Of a stretch of 64,000 bases of DNA, positions 45,753-55,496 are shown in pieces (the stretch's first letter is position 1; each line of letters begins with the position of its first letter). Both the position numbers and the translations under genes were made by a program. The notes below the pieces were generated by a model. The model was given only the letters and a program-made list of their open reading frames with translations, made no database searches and was not told where the DNA came from. This DNA is from Minisyncoccia bacterium (GTDB lineage: Bacteria; Patescibacteriota; Minisyncoccia; Phycocordibacterales; CAIZLB01): the NCBI GenBank assembly GCA_041752275.1, contig JBGSHK010000015.1:641-64640 (forward strand), in the 5' to 3' direction.

Positions 45753-45876
45753 GTTTTATATTTTACTAATTAATAATTGTTTTTATTATAGCAAATTTGA
45801 CAAAATAAAAGAGGGTACAGTATATTGCCGTGAACTAGTATTTGACATAAGACTTACATTTGATATAATAATAATA

Positions 45877-46199
45877 CAAATGGGTTATCCCGATCGTCCA
45901 GACTATAAGAAAGTCTGGATTTTAAATTTTATAGAACAGAATATCTATAATTTTCAATTTAATTTTCCAAAAATCAGTTCTAGATATGTAACCTATTTTA
46001 TCATCCAACCTCTTCGTGTCTAAAACCCTAAGTTGAGAAATAATTGCTGATTGTTCAATATCTTTTAATAATACTTTTACATAATATTTATTATCTTTAA
46101 TTTTTGTGCTCATAGGTATACCCCAAAATATATTATTATTAAATTTTTTAAATATTCTTCAATCATATAAAAACACTTCTAAACTTCTCATAAAGAAAT
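45877..46199 (-). repeat. Repeat copy B (~320 bp): truncated paralogue of the MazF-like cassette at 32587..33066, lacking ~150 nt of the gene's 5' half
   Basis: Same end sequences as copy A; perfect 7-bp hairpin CCAGACT-ATAAGAA-AGTCTGG at the 3' end. Confidence 0.6.
45922..46113 (-). pseudogene. Truncated MazF/PemK-like toxin gene fragment (C-terminal 63 codons only)
   Basis: MSTKIKDNKYYVKVLLKDIEQSAIISQLRVLDTKRL aligns with residues ~70-129 of the 32634..33023 product; the N-terminal half is deleted. Confidence 0.55.
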
Positions 46200-46298
46200 A
46201 GCAAAATTTATCCAAAGAAAGAATAGAGAAATAAAAATATATTAATACCAAACCTGACAACCATCAAAACACCGTCCCTAAATAAATCCTCGAAAATA

Positions 46299-46307
46299 TG
46301 CTATATT
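46299..46307 (+). promoter_or_regulatory. Extended -10 TGcTATATT 6 nt upstream of the hisS ATG
   Basis: TG at 46299-46300, hexamer 46302-46307, ATG at 46314. Confidence 0.4.
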
Positions 46308-46313
46308 CAATAC

Positions 46314-47531
46314 ATGAAAAAGCTAAAAACAGAAAACTATAAAGGTGTGAGAGACTTCTATCCGAGGGATGTCTTTTTTCAAGAATACATATTTGCGATC
46401 TGGCAGAAAAGTGTAGAGTCTTTTGGGTTTGAACAATATAATGCCTCTCTACTTGAAAACTCAGAAATATATAAGGCTAAAACTAGTGAAGAGATTATCA
46501 ACAATCAAACTTACTCGTTCATAGATCGCGGAGATCGTGAAGTAACCCTTCGCCCTGAGATGACTCCGACTCTAGCACGTATGATAGCGGCCAAAAAAAG
46601 AGAGTTATCATTCCCTCTACGCCTTTACTCTATTCCCAACTGTTTCCGTTATGAAAGACCTCAGAGAGGAAGACTTCGAGAGTTTTGGCAACTTAACGTT
46701 GATATATTAAACGTGAAAAATGATAAATTTTACGATATAGAAATCATAAAGTTGATAAATCAAATACTTTTAAACTTTAAAGCGACATCTTCTGACTTTA
46801 CAATAAAAATAAACTCGAGAACTCTTTTGAACTCTGTGTATGAAAACTATTATGAATTTAATGCAAATGAAGCACTTACTTTTCAAAGACTGTTAGATAA
46901 AAAAGATAAGATTACCCAAGCAGAATTTTTAAAAGAATATGAAAAGATCACAGATAAAGAATATAAAGATATATCAGACATTGATGATAAAAAAGTTAAA
47001 AAAGAATTGGCCTATATAAATGAGATAATCGAAGTTTGTAAAAACGCAGGCATAGAAAATATAGAATTTGATCAAAATATTGTTCGTGGTTTTGATTATT
47101 ATACAGGTATAGTTTTTGAAGTATTTGATAATGATCCAGAAAACAATAGGGCTTTATTTGGTGGTGGTCGTTATTCCAATCTGATAGATCTTTTTGAGAG
47201 TGTTAAAGATGATGTAAATATTTCTGGTATAGGTTTTGGTATTGGAGATGTTCCAATGATGAACTTTTTGGAGTCTAGAAACTTGTTGCCAGAGTTTGTA
47301 AATAGTACAGATATATTATTAGGTGTAATCTGCGATGATCAAAAAGTTATAAACTATGCAGATACTGTTGCAACAGAACTAAGAGAGCAAGGTAAAAATG
47401 TTTCAATAAATTATGATGGTAAAAAAGTTGGAGATATTATGAAAATGGCTGAGAAGAATGGGATAAAGAGTGTGGTGGTGATTGGAGATAAGGAGTGTGA
47501 GGAGAAGAGGTATGAAATCAAAGAGATATAA
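46314..47531 (+). CDS. hisS: Histidyl-tRNA synthetase
   Basis: Class II motif 2 FRYERPQRGRLREFWQ and motif 3 GGGRYSNLI; 405 aa. Confidence 0.9.
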   Translation: MKKLKTENYKGVRDFYPRDVFFQEYIFAIWQKSVESFGFEQYNASLLENSEIYKAKTSEEIINNQTYSFIDRGDREVTLRPEMTPTLARMIAAKKRELSFPLRLYSIPNCFRYERPQRGRLREFWQLNVDILNVKNDKFYDIEIIKLINQILLNFKATSSDFTIKINSRTLLNSVYENYYEFNANEALTFQRLLDKKDKITQAEFLKEYEKITDKEYKDISDIDDKKVKKELAYINEIIEVCKNAGIENIEFDQNIVRGFDYYTGIVFEVFDNDPENNRALFGGGRYSNLIDLFESVKDDVNISGIGFGIGDVPMMNFLESRNLLPEFVNSTDILLGVICDDQKVINYADTVATELREQGKNVSINYDGKKVGDIMKMAEKNGIKSVVVIGDKECEEKRYEIKEI

Positions 47532-47542
47532 TAAATGAAAGA

Positions 47543-47575
47543 CCGCACGTAGGGGTGACCTACGGCGGTTTTTTT
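47543..47575 (+). terminator. Strong intrinsic terminator after hisS (CCGCA-CGTAGG-GGTGA-CCTACG-GCGG + T7)
   Basis: 10 bp of GC-rich stem followed by TTTTTTT. Confidence 0.75.
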
Positions 47576-47592
47576 ATGTGGATTTGTGAGAG

Positions 47593-48201
47593 TTACTCTC
47601 GAGGTTGCCAGTCTTTAACTAACTCTGGCGGTGCACCGTCATCTGGATGAAGTAATGCAATAGGTATTCTTGCAGGAACGCCTACCCAGTGACCATGGTA
47701 TCCTCCTGTAAGATGAATGAGTACGGAACCATTTCCACCTTCACGAGGTTCAGAAAGAACACGATCACCGTTTGCAAGTATGTCACCAGGTACGAGTGTT
47801 GCCGGTTGTGCAAACCTATCACTATTTCTCAATCGATTGTTTCCACTACCAAGGTTAGCAATGTACTCCGTATAACCAAGAGGACGTGTGGAGTACAGCG
47901 GTAGACCGAGTAAGTTACGAACCTTAAAGGGTTCCGTAGTATCGTCAAGTTGTTGAACAACTATTTCAGCAGCTGTTTTTCTTATTCAGGTCCATTCATG
48001 ATCAGTCATATTGCCTTGCAGAGCTGGAAAAGATGCATTGAATGCATGAAATCGGGAAACATCACTCAAGTTCAAACCTGAGGTATTTCTTTCGTTTTTA
48101 CACCAAGCCAGAAGTACCCTTATGTAATCGATCTCGTTTGCTTGCAGGAGTTTCCTCAAAATATCAATAACTCTTTCTTGTAGTTGGGTATATAGGTTCA
48201 T
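47593..48201 (-). pseudogene. ~202-codon ORF on a ~50% GC insert, interrupted by a single in-frame TGA (47986-47988). The family is unknown (contains HLTGGYHGHWVG). It is either a pseudogene or a recoded/foreign gene.
   Basis: The 71-aa and 79-aa ORF-track pieces share one frame. The 51 codons between them carry no stop, and the only interruption is TGA. Confidence 0.45.
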
Positions 48202-48287
48202 GACGGTAGTTTAGTTTGTGTTTAAAGTTCCCTGTTAACAGAACCTATAATAGTCTTTTTCCCTAAAAAATCAACCCTAAATAAGCA

Positions 48288-49475
48288 CTACTCCCGCCTA
48301 TCCATCACCCCTTTCGTATACCTATTCGATGCATTCCACAGTATATAACTCTTAACCCCAAGATCATCCAACGCCTTTATCTGTGCCTTCACCTCAGGTG
48401 CATTGTACACAACTCCAAATATAGAAAAATCTTGCAACCAAGGACGCATAACTTTTATAGCAGTTGAAGTGCCATGTATTGCACTTATACGATCAAGCCC
48501 TATCTTTGTAGATTGATAAATAGTCTCATAAGGCTGAGTATGAGTATTTTTCAAATTATTCCAATTCTTATGAAAATGAGATGGATATATCATCGGAGAA
48601 ATATAGTCTACATAAGGTACAAAATCATCTATGTGTTGTCCTATACCGAGATCATCATTTGCTGGTAAAACCAAACCAAACAGATCGGCTGACAGTGGTA
48701 TATCACCCAACTCACCTCGAACATATGAGATAAAATTTTTCATAGTCTCTCTTCTTTTTTGTTCATTTGTTGATGATGCATTTACACTATCACTAAACTC
48801 ATATTTTAAAAGACTCATTTGACCATCTGATGGATAGCGAACATAATCAAGTTGTATCTCGTCAAAACCTGATTCATAAACTGCTTTAGATATATCTACT
48901 ATGTATTGTGCATTTTCTAATTCATGAGGTGATATCCAATAATGTCCAAGACGATCCTTCCACGGTGTGCCATCATTTTTCATAGCAGCAAGTTCTGGAT
49001 TATTTTTTACAAAACACGCATCACGCATCACCGCAATACGAGCTATAACATATATATCCTTAGAGTGATAATATTCAATCTTTGCTCGCAAATCTTCATT
49101 TGAAATTTTAGCCTGAACACAAGGTGTATCTAGTCCAATATCATAATCAATAATTCCTGGTGCATCTTTTATATCAACAACTATAGTATTGATAGTTGTT
49201 GTGTCAATAAGGTTGTCAAGTATTCCTTTAAAAGGTTTATATAAAAAACTGTTAGCAGTTACGTATATCCCTCTAACCTCATCTGGTGTCTTTATATGTG
49301 TAACTTTTGGTTTTTCTACAACTTCTGCCACAGGTTCACCTTGAGGTGGATTGAAAGTTAAACCATCTAGATTCGTAGGTTTTACTTCCGTCATGTATTT
49401 TGAGGAAATAGCTTTTCCACCTACGAATAGTAAGAATAATATTATAATGATTAATAGTATTTTTAGGAATTTCAT
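48288..49475 (-). CDS. Secreted TIM-barrel glycoside-hydrolase-like protein (GHL-type); family assignment tentative
   Basis: N-terminal TM/signal anchor; GIYVTANSF...IVVDIKDAPG pattern. Confidence 0.4.
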   Translation of the reverse strand: MKFLKILLIIIILFLLFVGGKAISSKYMTEVKPTNLDGLTFNPPQGEPVAEVVEKPKVTHIKTPDEVRGIYVTANSFLYKPFKGILDNLIDTTTINTIVVDIKDAPGIIDYDIGLDTPCVQAKISNEDLRAKIEYYHSKDIYVIARIAVMRDACFVKNNPELAAMKNDGTPWKDRLGHYWISPHELENAQYIVDISKAVYESGFDEIQLDYVRYPSDGQMSLLKYEFSDSVNASSTNEQKRRETMKNFISYVRGELGDIPLSADLFGLVLPANDDLGIGQHIDDFVPYVDYISPMIYPSHFHKNWNNLKNTHTQPYETIYQSTKIGLDRISAIHGTSTAIKVMRPWLQDFSIFGVVYNAPEVKAQIKALDDLGVKSYILWNASNRYTKGVMDRRE

Positions 49476-49506
49476 GGTTTATATTTTAGCATATTTATTG
49501 TTTTTT

Positions 49507-51162
49507 TTACCTCCTCCCCATCATACCCCTCACCAGCCCATCAAACAAAGGATGTGAACTCGTCGGTCTAGACAAAAACTCTGGATGAGATTGTGTCCCT
49601 ACAAAAAATGGATGATCTTTTTTACTCAACTCTATCATCTCCATCAATTTTCCATCGACTGACTTCCCTGAAAACTTTAATCCTTTTTTCTCAAGATCTT
49701 CAACATAGGCATTGTTAACTTCATATCTATGTCTATGTCTCTCGATCACTTCATCCGCTTTATACAAATCATGAACAATACTTCCTTTGAGTAATTTACA
49801 TTTAAATGAACCCAATCTCATACTACCTCCCATAACTTGTTTTACTAGATTTTCTTTTTGACTTTCCATGATATCGATAATTTTATGCTCTGCATTCTTA
49901 TTTATTTCTGTTGTGTTTGCATTTTTCAAACCTAAAACATTTTGAGCATACTCGATAACGGCCAACTGCATACCGTAGCATATACCAAGATATGGTATTT
50001 TATTTTTCCTTACATATTCTATAGACTTTAGTATTCCATCAACACCTGTAGTACCAAATCCCCCAGGAACTATAAGGCCATGACATTTTTTAAATATATC
50101 TTTCAATATTGCAGGATTTTTCTCTATGGTTTTAGAATCAACCCATTCTATTTCAATACCAACCTTTGCCTTTGCTGCTGCAAACTTTAATGCCTCCATA
50201 ACTGAAAGATACGAGTCAGTCAAAGTAAAATCACCAGTGTCAAAATATTTTCCTATCATAGCAACTCTAAAAGTTTTAGTTTTTTCTGAATGAATATTTT
50301 TAACAAAACTTTGCCAATCTAACCATAGCTTTGCCGACTCTGCATTTGGTTTTTTATTTTTCAAAGATAAACTTTTTAAAACTCTCTCACCTATTTTATC
50401 TTTCTCAAAGTTGAGCGGTACATCATATATACTTTTTATGTCCGGGGCTGAGATAACATTTTCAATAGACACATTACACGCTATAGATATCTTTTCTTTT
50501 CTTTTATGATCCAAAGCAACTTCACTGCGGGCGATAATAAAGTCAGGATGCAAACCATAACCGTTCAACTCTCTTATAGCACTTTGTGTAGGCTTTGATT
50601 TCATCTCACCTATAGCTCCTGGTGTTGGAAGATATGATACAACTACAACTATAACATCAGCTGGATTGTGAAGCTTCATAGTTTTAGCAGCTTCCATAAA
50701 CATAGCATTTTGAAAATCTCCTATAGTTCCACCTATCTCAACTATAGTTATATCACTATTATTTTCTTTTGATGCATTTTCAAATCTGTGTATAATTTCA
50801 TCACGTACATGAGGTATGGCCTCAACACATTTTCCACCATAACCAAGTGCTCTTTCTTTATCTATAACAGTTTTGTAAACCATGCCTGAAGTCATGTAGT
50901 TTGCTTGTGAAATATCTTGATGTAAAAATCTTTCATAGTTACCCATATCTTGATCTGTCTCTAAACCCTCTCTCATAACAAAAACTTCACCATGTTCCGT
51001 TGGGTTCATGGTGCCTGCATCGACGTTTAAATAAGGGTCAGCTTTTACTAGGTTTACTTTGTAACCTTTAGTTTTTAATATAAGTCCTAGTGATGATGTT
51101 GCTATGCCTTTTCCAACTCCAGACATAACTCCGCCGATCACGAATATATATTTTGATTTCAT
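49507..51162 (-). CDS. pyrG: CTP synthase
   Basis: N-terminal synthetase domain MKSKYIFVIGGVMSGVGKGI; C-terminal GATase with GICYGMQ and the catalytic Cys/His region. Confidence 0.9.
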   Translation of the reverse strand: MKSKYIFVIGGVMSGVGKGIATSSLGLILKTKGYKVNLVKADPYLNVDAGTMNPTEHGEVFVMREGLETDQDMGNYERFLHQDISQANYMTSGMVYKTVIDKERALGYGGKCVEAIPHVRDEIIHRFENASKENNSDITIVEIGGTIGDFQNAMFMEAAKTMKLHNPADVIVVVVSYLPTPGAIGEMKSKPTQSAIRELNGYGLHPDFIIARSEVALDHKRKEKISIACNVSIENVISAPDIKSIYDVPLNFEKDKIGERVLKSLSLKNKKPNAESAKLWLDWQSFVKNIHSEKTKTFRVAMIGKYFDTGDFTLTDSYLSVMEALKFAAAKAKVGIEIEWVDSKTIEKNPAILKDIFKKCHGLIVPGGFGTTGVDGILKSIEYVRKNKIPYLGICYGMQLAVIEYAQNVLGLKNANTTEINKNAEHKIIDIMESQKENLVKQVMGGSMRLGSFKCKLLKGSIVHDLYKADEVIERHRHRYEVNNAYVEDLEKKGLKFSGKSVDGKLMEMIELSKKDHPFFVGTQSHPEFLSRPTSSHPLFDGLVRGMMGRR

Positions 51163-51238
51163 TACTCCATTTTAGTATTTTTTCAGGTGTCATGAAAACT
51201 TGGCGAGGGTGGATTTTAGTGTTGAGGTATGATTCGTT

Positions 51239-52057
51239 TTACAAATACTTTAAATCATCAACTCTTTTCATTAGACTTGCTTTATCTACGCTGGGTTCAA
51301 TGTCATCATAAGTTAAAACACCTTCTAAAGAATTTATAATATTTTGCCTATTTGTATAATTCCAGTCTGACTCTGACTGATCTATGGAGTCAATCATGCT
51401 AACATTTCCCACCTGTAAACTATCCAGATCTGCTATTAATATTTCCAAGTTATATACTCCGTCACTATTAACCTGCTTAAAAATAATACCCCAAGAATCT
51501 GCGTCTGGTGTCAGTTTATGTGTATATAATTTATGTAAAATAACTTCAATACTTTTTATAAAATCATCTATATTTTGAATACTAGCAACTGGATTTTCTT
51601 TAAACAATTCAATACTAGGGTGTTTATCTATATTGAAATCATCATTTGCTGTCAAAATAACACCCTCTTTCGATGTACCTAAAGTCATAAGAGCAGCGGC
51701 ATGTTCTAGATTTATTCTATAAGTGGTCCAAGTTGGAATACCAGCAGCTTTTAATAAGCTAAAGTTTTTTTGAGCTTTTTGTAAATAATCTACACGTCCA
51801 ACATTATCTTTTGAATATTGTTTTAAAGCCATTCTTCTACTTCTTGTATTTTCATAATTATTTTCGTCAATAACATCAACTTCAACTTCTAACACTCTTC
51901 CATAACCTCCTGCACCCAAAAACCTGATAAGTTTAGATACTTTTACTGATGAATTTTTTCCGGATTCTTCATCTTGAAAATTAACAACTTTACCTTCGAT
52001 ATTTTCAAAGTCATTATTTTCTTCTATATGATTTGTGGGCATACTTTCTAAACTCAT
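51239..52057 (-). CDS. Acidic hypothetical protein with a kinase-like glycine loop (GAGGYGRV...ALK)
   Basis: Only the GxGxxGxV + AxK pattern is seen; no clear HRD or DFG motifs. Confidence 0.35.
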   Translation of the reverse strand: MSLESMPTNHIEENNDFENIEGKVVNFQDEESGKNSSVKVSKLIRFLGAGGYGRVLEVEVDVIDENNYENTRSRRMALKQYSKDNVGRVDYLQKAQKNFSLLKAAGIPTWTTYRINLEHAAALMTLGTSKEGVILTANDDFNIDKHPSIELFKENPVASIQNIDDFIKSIEVILHKLYTHKLTPDADSWGIIFKQVNSDGVYNLEILIADLDSLQVGNVSMIDSIDQSESDWNYTNRQNIINSLEGVLTYDDIEPSVDKASLMKRVDDLKYL

Positions 52058-52098
52058 ATAGACATCTTACCAAGATAGATGCTTTTATACTAGGATTT

Positions 52099-52368
52099 TT
52101 ATTTTTTAACCTTTAAGCTGACTTTTATAACTCCGGTTACATTCTCCCCTGTCAAACCCCTTTCTTTCAAATAGTTTATAACAAAACTTGGCAACACAGG
52201 ACCATGATCTGAGCGACTTCCTACTCCGACTACTATTTCGAGTGTATGTATAGTTTTATGAGTTTTCAGCCAGTCGAAAAGAGAGTCTAGTGCTCTTTTG
52301 GATTGGGACATATTCATACCATGGAGATCGATTTCATGAGTGTGGGTCATTATTGTGTAATATAGCAT
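52099..52368 (-). CDS. Smr-domain protein
   Basis: IDLHGMN...IVVGVGSRSDHGPVL Smr signature in an 89-aa stand-alone ORF. Confidence 0.65.
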   Translation of the reverse strand: MLYYTIMTHTHEIDLHGMNMSQSKRALDSLFDWLKTHKTIHTLEIVVGVGSRSDHGPVLPSFVINYLKERGLTGENVTGVIKVSLKVKK

Positions 52369-52384
52369 ATTGTGGTATTTTTGA

Positions 52385-52488
52385 GTTAAGTAAGAAGGTA
52401 TCGACTATGACCTTCCGAAGTGTCGGTACTTATCGACAACGCACTGAGGCCAGTAGTGGCGAGCGAAAAACCTCAGTGCGCACTTTTT
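52385..52488 (+). ncRNA. Candidate ~100-nt structured + strand transcript: extended -10 (TGgTATTTT at 52373-52381), then a 10-bp GC stem CGCACTGAGG/CCTCAGTGCG + T6
   Basis: GC-rich in an AT-rich spacer; the terminator orientation only fits the + strand, which has no protein gene here. Confidence 0.25.
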
Positions 52489-52493
52489 TATAC

Positions 52494-53333
52494 CTATTTC
52501 TTTTTCCTTATCAACTTAACCTCTTTCTTTTTTTCACCTTCAACTTTTCTAGAAACTTTTTTAATATCTTCAGATGCAGGAATTTGTTCAGGAACAATAC
52601 CACGTGAAATAAGCATTTTTCTTGTACTTTTATTATTTGAAATATGTTCTTCTGATATTTTACTTTCAGTTTCCATATTTTTATCTTTTGCATTGTATAT
52701 AGTTATCTCTGTCGCAAGATCTTTAGCCTTTAACAAAACAGTTGGCATAAAATCAGCAATAGGTTTACCGTTTGTTTTCCAAACTATTTTCATATCGGAA
52801 GTATTTTTACCTCCAAAAAATGCTTTATCCCCCTTACTTCTAATGATGGCAAAATTATTATTTCCACCTGTTTGTTGAAAAATAACTGAAGATAACTCTT
52901 TTTCTGTTTCAGTAAGTTTTTTTCTAGCCTTTAGTCTTTCCACCTCTGATATTCTTTTTTCTATAAGCTCAGCTTTTCTAGTTTGTATTGCAAAATAGGT
53001 CTGAGCAAATGCTATCTCATCTTTTGATGGATCACCGTTTTGAGCTATCAGATAGCAAGCATAACGTGTAAGCATCATGTCGTCTATTTCTTTATTTCCT
53101 CCATTTGGTACAGGTATCGTTTTCCTGACGTCAGGAAAATGATATTGACTTTCCTCCCCAAATGTTTCGCAGGCCAGTTTTGCCTTTTTTATAGCATTTA
53201 TAAAATTTTCCCATTTTGAGTATCCAAGCAATTTCTGCAAATCTCTTGCAAACCAAAATTCTAAACCATCGTTAGTTTTATGTGCGAAAGATTCAAAGTT
53301 TTTTGTAAGTGAGTCTATTATTTCTGTTTTCAT
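52494..53333 (-). CDS. DinD-like / Bro-N-related DNA-damage-inducible-type protein
   Basis: GLEFWFARDLQKLLGYSKWENFINAIKKA and LTRYACYLIAQNGD...AQTYFA resemble the E. coli DinD family; Lys-rich C-terminal tail. Confidence 0.45.
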   Translation of the reverse strand: MKTEIIDSLTKNFESFAHKTNDGLEFWFARDLQKLLGYSKWENFINAIKKAKLACETFGEESQYHFPDVRKTIPVPNGGNKEIDDMMLTRYACYLIAQNGDPSKDEIAFAQTYFAIQTRKAELIEKRISEVERLKARKKLTETEKELSSVIFQQTGGNNNFAIIRSKGDKAFFGGKNTSDMKIVWKTNGKPIADFMPTVLLKAKDLATEITIYNAKDKNMETESKISEEHISNNKSTRKMLISRGIVPEQIPASEDIKKVSRKVEGEKKKEVKLIRKKK

Positions 53334-53507
53334 ATTATTGTAGTTTTTTTAGTTTAATTGATAATAGTATTAATTATATCACCCTAGTCAACTGACCTAA
53401 GTAAGGGTGTTTCAAGAGTTTTATTGTAACCAAACCCCTTTTCATACGTTACATATAAGTAAGCTCAAGTTTCTTATTATTAAAATTAATCTTATAATAT
53501 AAACTAT

Positions 53508-55394
53508 ATGAAATTTATCTATGTAATCAAACAATATATCTTGGTCGCTTTTAAGTGTTTGAAGTATGTTTATAGTATGAATAAAAAAGGGACTGTTTTT
53601 CGTATGGGAGTTTTGATACTGTTCCCTGTTTTGACCAACATAATCAATATTATAAATGCCCGTCTAGCAAATAGTATGCAGGAGAACTATGGAACAGGGA
53701 TCATAAAATATGTTTTACCAGTTTTTGCATTTTTGATAGTATTCACTTTTTTGGAATCATTATTTAGTTTTTTAAGTAGTAAACTTACAATCACAATGGA
53801 AAGAAGGTTAAATGATCAAGTTATTACTGACCAATTAAGTAAGAAAAAAGATTTTACAATACCTTTTACAGACTCAAGTGATTACGAAGAGTTACGCCAG
53901 AGAATAGATATAAGTCGTGAAGGTAGATTTGCACAAGTTGCATTAACAAGAAGGATACCCGAGTTTATAAGTATTATAGTAAATCTTGGCTTTACTGCAT
54001 ATATAACATACTCATATAGTTGGATATTTGCATCCCTTATATTACTTGCATCCATTCCTGGTTTTTATTTTTCATTTACTAGAAGTTTCGCCATAAGAAA
54101 AAACTTTGAAAACACCTTAGAGGAAAACAAATACTACGGTACATATCAGGGAATGTTTATGGGTTATCAATCCATCAAAGATGCCAAAAGCTCAAATAAT
54201 GCAAATAAGTTTATAAATAAATGGAGAAATTGGAAAAATGGATTTACTGATGGTCAGATAAAAATTCTGAATCATTATGAAAATATAGGTTTTATTTCAA
54301 CTATACTTATGACTTTTATTATATTTGTAGTGCAGTTCTTTGTTATCAAAGATGTGATCAACGGTCTTATGCTTATCGGTTCTGCCACACTTATCATAGT
54401 TCAAGTTTCTCGTTTTGAAACATTTATAAACAGGCTTTCTTCTTTTTTACCGAATGAGTATGAAGTTGCAACAACAGCTAAATACCTTTTCCTACAAGCT
54501 GAAACAAAAGAAAATACTGATAAGACAGAAGGACAGGATTTTAAAAAAGAAAATAACTTTATAGAGCTTAAAAATATATCATTCAAATATGAGGATACTC
54601 AATTCAAAGAGCTTCATGCTTTAAATAAAGAAATTGATGATATTGCTACAAAATATTTTGGACTAAGAAAAACAGAAGTTATTAAGAAAGAAAAAGATCC
54701 ATCTAACTTTAATCTGAAGATAGATAATCTTGTTATAAACAAAGGTGAGAAAATAGCAGTTGTTGGAAAAAATGGAAATGGTAAAACTACTTTTATCCAG
54801 TTATTATTAAATCTGTATCAACCTCAATCAGGTGACATTTTACTATTTGGAAATAACTTAAAAGATTTATCTCAAGAATCTATAATGAATAATTTTTCAG
54901 CTTTATATCAAGATTACTCCCAACCAAACTTAAAAGTAAATGAATACATTGCCTTATCTGAAAAAAATGATGTTGATATGAATAAAATAAAGAGTGTTGC
55001 CAAAATCGCAACAGCCGATGAGTTTATCGAAAAATGGGACAATCAATACACCCAACAACTTGGGGTTTTTATGAAAGGTGTAAAACCTTCAAAAGGTCAA
55101 TGGCAAAAACTCGCACTCGCTCGAACATTTTACAAAGACTCCCCTGTTATCATACTCGATGAACCAACTGCATCTATCGATGCACTCTCAAGTAAAAAGA
55201 TTTTCCAAAACCTATCAGAAATAGATAAAGAAAAAACTCTCATACTTATATCTCACAACATGACAGATATAGTAAACTTTGCAGATCGTATCATAGTGTT
55301 TGATAAAGGACGTATTGTTGGTGATGGTACACATAAAAAGTTGTTGAAATCATGTGCTGTATATAAAGACTTGTATGAGAGTGAGAGTAGATAG
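53508..55394 (+). CDS. ABC exporter, fused permease (6 TM) and ATPase
   Basis: Walker A VVGKNGNGKTT, signature SKGQWQ, Walker B ILDEPTASID. The true start is possibly the downstream M at ~53578. Confidence 0.75.
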   Translation: MKFIYVIKQYILVAFKCLKYVYSMNKKGTVFRMGVLILFPVLTNIINIINARLANSMQENYGTGIIKYVLPVFAFLIVFTFLESLFSFLSSKLTITMERRLNDQVITDQLSKKKDFTIPFTDSSDYEELRQRIDISREGRFAQVALTRRIPEFISIIVNLGFTAYITYSYSWIFASLILLASIPGFYFSFTRSFAIRKNFENTLEENKYYGTYQGMFMGYQSIKDAKSSNNANKFINKWRNWKNGFTDGQIKILNHYENIGFISTILMTFIIFVVQFFVIKDVINGLMLIGSATLIIVQVSRFETFINRLSSFLPNEYEVATTAKYLFLQAETKENTDKTEGQDFKKENNFIELKNISFKYEDTQFKELHALNKEIDDIATKYFGLRKTEVIKKEKDPSNFNLKIDNLVINKGEKIAVVGKNGNGKTTFIQLLLNLYQPQSGDILLFGNNLKDLSQESIMNNFSALYQDYSQPNLKVNEYIALSEKNDVDMNKIKSVAKIATADEFIEKWDNQYTQQLGVFMKGVKPSKGQWQKLALARTFYKDSPVIILDEPTASIDALSSKKIFQNLSEIDKEKTLILISHNMTDIVNFADRIIVFDKGRIVGDGTHKKLLKSCAVYKDLYESESR

Positions 55395-55440
55395 TTTGAC
55401 AAGATTTTATTATTTGATAATATATAAATATAGCAAGTTA

Positions 55441-55490
55441 GACCCTCGAAGAAGGACTACCCACAGGCGGTCCACACGTTTCTCGAGGGC
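55441..55490. terminator. Long GC-rich compound hairpin between convergent ABC and DUF3800 genes
   Basis: GACCCTCGAAGAAGG...CCTTTCTCGAGGGC outer stem with inner GGAC/GTCC. Confidence 0.5.
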
Positions 55491-55496
55491 TTTGCT

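Noticed and set aside
45628-46023. 131-aa + strand ORF
   Set aside because: Spans the 5' end of the 176-aa gene and the truncated toxin repeat in antisense. It has a low-complexity translation and no start context.
32587-46199. The two MazF-like direct repeats as boundaries of a mobile island
   Set aside because: The intervening 12.8 kb is core content (gyrB, pheST, pilus operon). There is no integrase, transposase or att-like duplication, so the repeats are more likely a local duplication.
52290-52878. Two + strand ORFs (105 and 152 aa)
   Set aside because: Antisense to the smr and DinD-like genes and reading through a terminator hairpin. The translations are Phe/Leu-rich, which is typical of antisense frames.
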